Shown: in pieces, positions 1 to 5,071 of the stretch
How the letters are laid out: each line of letters opens with the position of its first letter
Numbering within the stretch: the stretch's first letter is position 1
IMG/VR virus record: IMGVR_UViG_2663762849_000018
Direction: 5' to 3' (one strand)
DNA from: a virus
Lineage: Duplodnaviria > Heunggongvirae > Uroviricota > Caudoviricetes
Length of the DNA stretch: 5,071 nucleotides
Position numbers and translations under genes: made by a program
The notes under the pieces: model-generated
The model's input: only the letters and a program-made list of their open reading frames with translations
Told to the model about the DNA's origin: nothing
The model's database searches: none

Positions 1-1
1 G

Positions 2-112
2 GATGCAATTGTGCGGGAGGCTCTTCTTCGTGATTTTAATACTCCACCCTTTAAAAAAGTGCCGGCTTACTGGCTTCATCCGGGGCTGACTTATCTTAAA
101 GTGCGTATTTAG
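2..112 (+). CDS. 3' end of an unidentified upstream ORF (36 codons open from the window edge, stop TAG 110-112)
   Basis: Frame 2 is open from nt 2 to TAG at 110-112 (…DAIVREALLRDFNTPPFKKVPAYWLHPGLTYLKVRI*). It ends 36 nt before the lysozyme start. It does not resemble the C-terminus of lambda gpM or of S/S21-type holins as I remember them. It may correspond to the small unknown ORF found between holin and endolysin in some lambdoid lysis cassettes; that is unverified. Confidence 0.25.
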   Translation, partial: DAIVREALLRDFNTPPFKKVPAYWLHPGLTYLKVRI

Positions 113-148
113 TGGGCCAGGGACAGCGGCTGAATATTTAATATATCC

Positions 149-1186
149 ATGAACACCAAAATCAAATACGGCCTGTCGGCTGCCGTTCTGGCGCTGATTT
201 CCGCTGGTGCGCCTGCGCCTGACATTCTCGACCAGTTTCTGGATGAAAAGGAAGGCAACCACACCACGGCATACCGTGATGGTGCAGGTATCTGGACCAT
301 CTGCCGTGGTGCCATCATGGTGGATGGCAAACCTGTCGTTCCGGGCATGAAGTTGTCGAAGGAAAAATGCGACCAGGTTAACGCCATTGAGCGTGATAAA
401 GCGCTGGCGTGGGTGGAGAAAAACATCAGAGTGCCGCTGACCGAACCCCAGAAAGCGGGGATCGCGTCATTCTGTCCGTACAACATTGGTCCCGGTAAGT
501 GTTTCCCGTCGACGTTTTACAGACGAATTAATGCTGGTGATCGCAGGGGAGCATGCGAGGCGATTCGCTGGTGGATTAAGGACGGTGAGCGGTATTTTTT
601 CTGTAATGAGCTGAATGAAAAAGGGGAGCCGGTCACCTGGCAGGGGCGGCAATATCAGGCGTACCCGATTGAGGGGAGTGGCTTTGAGATGAACGGAAAG
701 GGCAGCAGTGCCCGCCCGTCGCTGACGGTGTCCAATCTTTTCGGCCTTGTCACCGGAATGGCGGAGGATTTGCAGAGCCTGGTGGGGGCCACGGTGGTCC
801 GCCGCCGGGTGTATGCCCGTTTTCTGGATGCGGTGAATTTCGTTGCGGGCAATCCGGAGGCGGACCCGGAGCAGGAGCTGAGTGACCGCTGGGTGGTGGA
901 GCAGATGTCGCAGCTGACAGCCATGACGGCCTCGTTTGTGCTGGCCACACCGACCGAGACGGACGGGGCGCTGTTTCCCGGTCGTATCATGCTGGCGAAC
1001 ACCTGTATGTGGACCTACCGCTCTGATGAGTGTGGTTACACGGGCGGGGCTGTGGCGGATGAGTTCGATAAACCCACCACGGATATCCGTAAGGACAGAT
1101 GCAGCAAGTGCATGCGCGGGTGTGAACTGCGCAGGAATGTCGGCAATTTTGGCGGTTTCCTTTCCATTAATAAACTTTCGCAGTAA
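149..1186 (+). CDS. Chimeric ORF: N-terminal SAR-type phage lysozyme (GH24, P21 R / RrrQ-like, residues ~1-146) fused in frame to lambda-like tail-tip protein L (residues ~147-345, equivalent to lambda gpL ~34-232)
   Basis: 345-aa ORF from the six-frame track. Residues 1-146 match P21 R / E. coli RrrQ-type lysozymes: Gly/Ala-rich weakly hydrophobic N-terminal segment YGLSAAVLALISAGAPAP (SAR-like), catalytic E35-x8-D44-x5-T50 (EGNHTTAYRDGAGIWT), and FYRRINAGDRRGACEAIRWW. From ERYFFCNELNEKGEPVTWQGRQYQ onward the sequence is nearly collinear with lambda gpL through the C-terminal GNFGGFLSINKLSQ, including the Cys cluster (C286, C295, C318, C321). Junction is at about nt 584-589 (…WWIKDG|ERYFF…). 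Confidence 0.85.
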   Translation: MNTKIKYGLSAAVLALISAGAPAPDILDQFLDEKEGNHTTAYRDGAGIWTICRGAIMVDGKPVVPGMKLSKEKCDQVNAIERDKALAWVEKNIRVPLTEPQKAGIASFCPYNIGPGKCFPSTFYRRINAGDRRGACEAIRWWIKDGERYFFCNELNEKGEPVTWQGRQYQAYPIEGSGFEMNGKGSSARPSLTVSNLFGLVTGMAEDLQSLVGATVVRRRVYARFLDAVNFVAGNPEADPEQELSDRWVVEQMSQLTAMTASFVLATPTETDGALFPGRIMLANTCMWTYRSDECGYTGGAVADEFDKPTTDIRKDRCSKCMRGCELRRNVGNFGGFLSINKLSQ

Positions 1187-1191
1187 ATCCC

Positions 1192-1935
1192 ATGACAGAG
1201 ACAGAATCAGCGATTCTGGCGCATGCCCGGCGGTGTGCGCCTGCGGAGTCGTGCGGCTTCGTGATAAGCACGCCGGAGGGGGAGCGGTATATCCCTTGTG
1301 TGAATATTTCCGCAGAGCCGGAGGCGTATTTTCGTATCGCACCGGAAGACTGGCTGCGGGCAGAGATGCAGGGGGAGATTGTGGCACTGGTCCACAGTCA
1401 TCCCGGTGGACTGCCCTGGCTGAGCGAGGCCGACCGGCGGCTGCAGATAAAAAGCGCACTGCCCTGGTGGCTGGTCAGCCGGGGTGACATTCACAAATTC
1501 CGCTGCGTTCCGCAACTGACGGGACGGCGCTTTGCGCACGGGGTGACGGACTGTTACACGCTGTTCCGGGATGCATACCATCTGGCAGGCATTGATATGC
1601 CGGATTTTCATCGCGGGGATGACTGGTGGTGCAACGGTCAGAACCTTTACCTGGACAATATGGAGGCAACGGGCTTTTACCGGGTGCCCCTGTCCTCTGC
1701 ACTGCCGGGCGATATCCTGCTGTGCTGCTTCGGCGCATCGGTGGCTAATCATGCCGCCATTTACTGCGGCAACGGTGAGCTGCTTCACCATCTGCCTGAA
1801 CAGCTGAGTAAACGGGAGAGGTATTCCGAAAAATGGCAACGACGAACGCATTCTGTCTGGCGTCACCGCCACTGGCACGCATCTGCCTTCACGGGGATTT
1901 ACAACGATTTGGCCGCCGCCTCAGCCTGTATGTGA
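1192..1935 (+). CDS. K: Tail-tip assembly protein K (JAMM/MPN metalloprotease-like N-terminal domain plus NlpC/P60 C-terminal domain)
   Basis: 247-aa ORF starting 5 nt after the L stop. Strong similarity to lambda gpK as I remember it (MTETESAILAHARRCAPAESCGF…). JAMM motif HSHPGGLPWLSEAD (H68, H70, S78, D81) and NlpC/P60-type Cys/His (C121 in TDCYTLF, H187, H199/H200). 103-nt out-of-frame overlap with the next gene, as I recall for lambda K/I. Confidence 0.9.
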   Translation: MTETESAILAHARRCAPAESCGFVISTPEGERYIPCVNISAEPEAYFRIAPEDWLRAEMQGEIVALVHSHPGGLPWLSEADRRLQIKSALPWWLVSRGDIHKFRCVPQLTGRRFAHGVTDCYTLFRDAYHLAGIDMPDFHRGDDWWCNGQNLYLDNMEATGFYRVPLSSALPGDILLCCFGASVANHAAIYCGNGELLHHLPEQLSKRERYSEKWQRRTHSVWRHRHWHASAFTGIYNDLAAASACM

Positions 1936-2513
1936 ACACGGCAGCGGAAGCCATCCGCGCACTGTCGATGCAGGTGCCGGGCTTTCGCCGTCAGATGAAC
2001 GAAGGCTGGTACCAGATACGCATTGCCGGTGAGGATACGGCACCGGAGGCGGTGTATGCCCGCCTTCACGAACCACTGGGTGAGGGAACGGTTATCCATA
2101 TTGTGCCGCGACTGGCCGGAGCCGGAAAGGGCGGACTACAGATTGTGCTGGGGGCAGCTGCCATTGTGGGGTCTTTCTTCACGGCCGGAGCATCAATGGC
2201 GTTATGGGGTTCAGCCCTGGCAGCCGGTGGTTTTTCTGCCACCACGATGCTGTTTTCACTGGGTGCCAGCATGATACTGGGCGGTGTGGCCCAGATGCTG
2301 GCCCCGAAGGCAAAAACACCGGATTACCGCGCAACGGATAACGGCAGACAGAACACGTATTTTTCCTCACTGGACAACATGATTGCCCAGGGCAACCCGA
2401 TGCCGGTGCCCTACGGTGAAATGCTGGTTGGTTCACGACGTATCTCTCAGGACATCAGCACCCGTGATGAAGGCGGAGACGGAAAGGTGGTGGTTATTGG
2501 TCGACAGGGATAA
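1833..2513 (+). CDS. I: Tail-tip assembly protein I (ubiquitin-like N-terminal domain with Gly/Ala-rich hydrophobic C-terminal region)
   Basis: 226-aa ORF, about the length I recall for lambda gpI and resembling it by memory. GGGAGAGG Shine-Dalgarno-like sequence at 1814-1821. Overlaps the K 3' end by 103 nt in a different frame. Hydrophobic Gly/Ala-rich stretch GLQIVLGAAAIVGSFFTAGASMALWGSALAAGGFSATTMLFSLGASMILGG. Confidence 0.9.
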   Translation: MATTNAFCLASPPLARICLHGDLQRFGRRLSLYVNTAAEAIRALSMQVPGFRRQMNEGWYQIRIAGEDTAPEAVYARLHEPLGEGTVIHIVPRLAGAGKGGLQIVLGAAAIVGSFFTAGASMALWGSALAAGGFSATTMLFSLGASMILGGVAQMLAPKAKTPDYRATDNGRQNTYFSSLDNMIAQGNPMPVPYGEMLVGSRRISQDISTRDEGGDGKVVVIGRQG

Positions 2514-2552
2514 AACATAAAAAAATCCCGCAGTGATCGCGGAGCTGCGGGG
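2514..2552 (-). terminator. Rho-independent terminator oriented for minus-strand transcription, immediately 3' of gene I
   Basis: 7-bp GC-rich stem CCCGCAG (2527-2533) / CTGCGGG (2545-2551) with an 11-nt loop. On the minus strand the stem is followed by AUUUUUUUAUGUUUU (plus-strand A-run 2514-2526). On the plus strand no U-tract follows the stem, so the element is directional. Confidence 0.6.
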
Positions 2553-2622
2553 ACAGACAAATGAAGATTAATGTTAAGGAGTTGTTTTTGTTACTCGGGC
2601 AAAAAAACACTAACGCAGCGAA

Positions 2623-2652
2623 ATTATAAGCGCCACAGTCAGTGTGTGAAAA
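2623..2652 (-). promoter_or_regulatory. Candidate sigma70-type promoter on the minus strand (perfect -10 TATAAT, weak -35 TTTTCA, 18-nt spacer)
   Basis: Minus-strand TATAAT corresponds to plus 2623-2628. A 4/6 match to TTGACA (TTTTCA, plus 2647-2652) lies 18 nt upstream. A transcript from here would run about 95 nt to the terminator at 2514-2552. Sequence inspection only. Confidence 0.25.
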
Positions 2653-2720
2653 TGTGAAGATATTCAGAATTTTTATGCCATTACCGGTTTTAACCAACAG
2701 GATTATCGGTGGGCATGAAA

Positions 2721-2760
2721 GAAAACCCCGGTATCTGCTGATACCGGGGTTTCTGTTTAG
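2721..2760. terminator. Perfect palindromic hairpin, possible bidirectional intrinsic terminator
   Basis: AAACCCCGGTAT (2723-2734) / ATACCGGGGTTT (2741-2752) is a perfect 12-bp inverted repeat around the 6-nt loop CTGCTG. Plus strand continues TTTCTGTTT; minus strand continues TTTTCTTTC after the stem. Confidence 0.45.
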
Positions 2761-2842
2761 CATGGCAGAAATGTGTTTCATGCTTTTCGGGCGAAGGATA
2801 TCCGACTTCTGTACGGAATGGCAAGTGGCGGTTAATTTATTC

Positions 2843-2851
2843 AGGGGAAGG
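2843..2851 (+). promoter_or_regulatory. Shine-Dalgarno-like ribosome-binding site for J
   Basis: AGGGGAAGG ends 4 nt upstream of the J ATG at 2856. Confidence 0.4.
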
Positions 2852-2855
2852 CTGT

Positions 2856-5071
2856 ATGGGAAAAGGTGGCGGTAAGGCACACACGCCTCGTGAGGCGAAG
2901 GATAATCTCAAATCCACGCAGATGATGAGCGTGATTGATGCGATTGGTGAGGGACCCATTGAAGGTCCGGTGAAAGGCCTGCAGAGTATTCTGGTGAACA
3001 AAACCCCGCTGACGGACACGGACGGTAATCCCGTGATACACGGTGTGACCGCGGTCTGGCGCGCCGGGGAGCAGGAGCAGACACCACCGGAAGGCTTTGA
3101 GTCCTCCGGAGCTGAAACTGTACTGGGTGTGGAAGTGACGAAGGCAAAACCGGTGACACGCACCATTACGTCAGCGAACATTGACCGCCTGCGGGTGACC
3201 TTCGGGGTGCAGTCACTGGTGGAGACCACCTCAAAGGGTGACCGTAACCCGACGTCTGTCCGCCTGCTGATTCAGCTTGAGCGTGGTGGTAAATGGATGA
3301 CGGAAAAGGATGTCACCATTAACGGCAAGACCACCTCGCAGTTCCTGGCGTCGGTGATTCTGGATAATCTGCCGCCCCGGCCCTTTAACATCCGGATGGT
3401 CAGGGAGACGGCGGACAGCACCACGGACCAGCTGCAGAATAAGACGCTCTGGTCGTCATACACCGAAATCATCGATGTGAAACAGTGCTACCCGAACACG
3501 GCCATTGTGGGGCTGCAGGTGGATGCGGAGCAGTTCGGCGGCCAGCAGATGACGGTGAACTACCATATCCGCGGTCGCATCATCCAGGTGCCGTCAAACT
3601 ATGACCCGGAAAAACGCACGTACAGTGGTATCTGGGACGGCAGTCTGAAACCGGCATACAGCAACAACCCGGCCTGGTGTCTGTGGGACATGCTGACTCA
3701 CCCGCGCTACGGGATGGGAAAACGTCTGGGGGCGGCGGATGTGGACAAGTGGGCGCTGTATGCCATCGGGCAGTACTGCGACCAGACGGTCCCGGATGGT
3801 TTCGGGGGCACAGAGCCGCGGATGACCTTTAATGCGTACCTGGCACAACAGCGTAAGGCGTGGGACGTTCTCAGTGATTTCTGCTCGGCGATGCGCTGTA
3901 TGCCGGTATGGAACGGCCAGACGCTGACGTTCGTTCAGGACCGCCCGTCGGATGTGGTGTGGCCGTACACCAACAGCGATGTGGTGGTGGATGATAACGG
4001 CGTGGGGTTCCGCTACAGCTTCAGTGCCCTGAAGGACCGGCACACGGCGGTGGAGGTGAATTACACCGACCCGCAGAACGGCTGGCAGACCTCCACGGAA
4101 CTGGTGGAAGACCCGGAAGCCATACTGCGCTACGGACGCAATCTGCTGAAGATGGATGCGTTTGGCTGTACCAGCCGCGGTCAGGCTCACCGTGCAGGTC
4201 TGTGGGTGATAAAGACCGAACTGCTGGAAACGCAGACGGTGGACTTCACGCTCGGGTCACAGGGGCTGCGTCACACACCGGGTGACATTATTGAAATCTG
4301 TGATAACGACTATGCCGGGACTATGACCGGCGGACGTATCCTGTCCATTGATGCTGCCACCCGCACCCTGACGCTGGACCGTGAGGTTACCCTGCCGGAG
4401 ACAGGTACATCGGCGGTGAACCTGATTAACGGCAGCGGTAAGCCGGTGAGTGTGGACATCACCGCACACCCCGCGCCGGACCGGATACAGGTCAGTACCC
4501 TGCCTGATGGTGTGGAGACATACGGTGTGTGGGGACTCTCCCTGCCGTCACTGCGCCGTCGCCTGTTCCGCTGTGTCTCCATCCGGGAAAACACGGACGG
4601 CACCTTTGCCATCACGGCGGTGCAGCACGTACCGGAAAAAGAAGCCATTGTGGATAACGGAGCCCGCTTTGAGCCGCAGTCAGGCACCCTGAACAGCGTT
4701 ATCCCACCGGCAGTACAGCACCTCACGGTGGAGGTGAGCGCAGCTGACAGCCAGTATCTGGCGCTGGCGAAATGGGACACGCCGAGGGTGGTGAAGGGCG
4801 TGCGCTTCAGTCTGCGCCTGACCAGTGGAAGCGATGAGAACAGCCGCCTGCTGACCACCGCCATCACTGCCGATACGGAGCACCGTTTCAGTGGCCTGCC
4901 TCTCGGGGAATACACCCTGACGGTCAGGGCGATAAACAGCTACGGCCAGCAGGGCGAACCGGCCACCACCACGTTCCGGATTAATGCGCCTGCAGCACCG
5001 GCCACCATTGAGCTGACGCCGGGGTATTTTCAGATAACGGCGGTACCGCGTCTTGCGGTGTATGACCCGAC
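2856..5071 (+). CDS. J: Host specificity protein J (tail-tip / central tail fibre), N-terminal 738 codons; 3' end beyond window
   Basis: ATG at 2856-2858 preceded by a purine-rich SD-like GGGGAAGG. Frame 3 is open to the window end. Translation MGKGGGKAHTPREAKDNLKSTQMMSVIDAIGEGPIEGP…TEIIDVKQCYPNTAIVG…AWCLWDMLTHPRYGMGKRLGAADVDKWALY…LFRCVSIREN…ITAVQHVPEKEAIVDNGA… is collinear with the N-terminal region of lambda gpJ as I remember it. Not listed in the ORF track because it has no stop inside the window. Confidence 0.92.
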   Translation, partial: MGKGGGKAHTPREAKDNLKSTQMMSVIDAIGEGPIEGPVKGLQSILVNKTPLTDTDGNPVIHGVTAVWRAGEQEQTPPEGFESSGAETVLGVEVTKAKPVTRTITSANIDRLRVTFGVQSLVETTSKGDRNPTSVRLLIQLERGGKWMTEKDVTINGKTTSQFLASVILDNLPPRPFNIRMVRETADSTTDQLQNKTLWSSYTEIIDVKQCYPNTAIVGLQVDAEQFGGQQMTVNYHIRGRIIQVPSNYDPEKRTYSGIWDGSLKPAYSNNPAWCLWDMLTHPRYGMGKRLGAADVDKWALYAIGQYCDQTVPDGFGGTEPRMTFNAYLAQQRKAWDVLSDFCSAMRCMPVWNGQTLTFVQDRPSDVVWPYTNSDVVVDDNGVGFRYSFSALKDRHTAVEVNYTDPQNGWQTSTELVEDPEAILRYGRNLLKMDAFGCTSRGQAHRAGLWVIKTELLETQTVDFTLGSQGLRHTPGDIIEICDNDYAGTMTGGRILSIDAATRTLTLDREVTLPETGTSAVNLINGSGKPVSVDITAHPAPDRIQVSTLPDGVETYGVWGLSLPSLRRRLFRCVSIRENTDGTFAITAVQHVPEKEAIVDNGARFEPQSGTLNSVIPPAVQHLTVEVSAADSQYLALAKWDTPRVVKGVRFSLRLTSGSDENSRLLTTAITADTEHRFSGLPLGEYTLTVRAINSYGQQGEPATTTFRINAPAAPATIELTPGYFQITAVPRLAVYDP

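Larger units (their letters stand above)
2514..2855. other. Expanded AT-rich I-J intergenic region (342 bp) carrying hairpins, possible moron-like insert
   Basis: The flanking genes are visibly GC-rich while this spacer is AT-rich (A/T runs, TATAAT). From memory the lambda I-J spacer is about 60 bp. The only ORFs here are low-complexity and cross the hairpins. Confidence 0.5.

Noticed and set aside
109-486. 125-aa minus-strand ORF over the lysozyme start
   Set aside because: Antisense to the lysozyme N-terminus, whose homology fixes the plus-strand frame.
584-589. Programmed frameshift or translational recoding at the lysozyme/L junction
   Set aside because: The junction is a simple in-frame continuation with no slippery heptamer or downstream structure. 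A recombination or deletion joint is the simpler explanation.
467-1459. 330-aa minus-strand ORF antisense to the lysozyme-L and K genes
   Set aside because: It lies entirely antisense to well-supported plus-strand genes. Its Arg/Pro/Ala-rich composition is typical of spurious antisense ORFs in GC-rich coding DNA, and it has no recognisable similarity.
936-1487. 183-aa plus-strand ORF in an alternative frame across the L/K boundary
   Set aside because: Out of frame relative to the clearly homologous L and K proteins, with Cys/Arg/Gly-rich junk-like translation. The ORF at 1571-1807 was rejected likewise.
1207-1878. 223-aa minus-strand ORF antisense to K
   Set aside because: Same reasoning: it shadows the gpK coding strand and has an Arg/Pro-rich composition.
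2721-2754. REP/ERIC-type enterobacterial repeat, or an insertion-sequence terminal inverted repeat
   Set aside because: The palindrome does not resemble the REP or ERIC consensus as I remember them, and no transposase ORF or flanking direct repeats were found.
2642-2875. 77-aa plus-strand ORF in the I-J spacer, overlapping the J start
   Set aside because: It crosses the perfect palindrome and overlaps J out of frame, with Cys/Phe/Arg-rich composition. A small moron protein cannot be fully excluded, but the sequence looks non-coding.
2494-2880. 128-aa minus-strand ORF spanning the I-J spacer
   Set aside because: It runs straight through both hairpins and the terminator and ends inside gene I antisense. 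Cys/Phe/Ile-rich low-complexity sequence with no convincing ribosome-binding site.
3594-4190. 198-aa minus-strand ORF inside J
   Set aside because: Antisense to the conserved J coding frame, with Arg/His/Val-rich low-complexity translation.
4310-4915. 201-aa minus-strand ORF inside J
   Set aside because: Antisense shadow ORF within J with no supporting motifs. The shorter minus-strand ORFs at 2837-3229, 2841-3041 and 2908-3159 were rejected for the same reason.
1-5071. CRISPR arrays, tRNA or rRNA genes
   Set aside because: No regularly spaced direct repeats and no cloverleaf-like or rRNA-like segments were seen. The window is almost entirely protein-coding.

Overview
This window is the tail-tip module of a lambda-like (lambdoid) prophage, all on the + strand: L, K, I and the 5' two-thirds of J. 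The calls rest on reading the translated ORFs against remembered sequences of lambda gpL/gpK/gpI/gpJ and of P21 R / E. coli RrrQ-type lysozymes; no database search was run. Two things stand out. First, the ORF at 149-1186 is an in-frame chimera: its first ~146 codons are an SAR-type phage lysozyme (catalytic E35/D44/T50 intact) and the rest is tail-tip protein L from its ERYFFCNE motif to its normal stop. L's N-terminus and the expected upstream gene M are absent, so this looks like a deletion scar that joined a lysis cassette directly to the tail-tip genes. Second, the I-J spacer is about 340 bp (about 60 bp in lambda, from memory), AT-rich, and carries an intrinsic terminator oriented for minus-strand transcription, a perfect 12-bp palindromic hairpin, and a TATAAT box on the minus strand that could drive a ~95-nt RNA. 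K, I and J themselves look intact and conventional. No tRNA, rRNA, CRISPR array or insertion sequence was seen.
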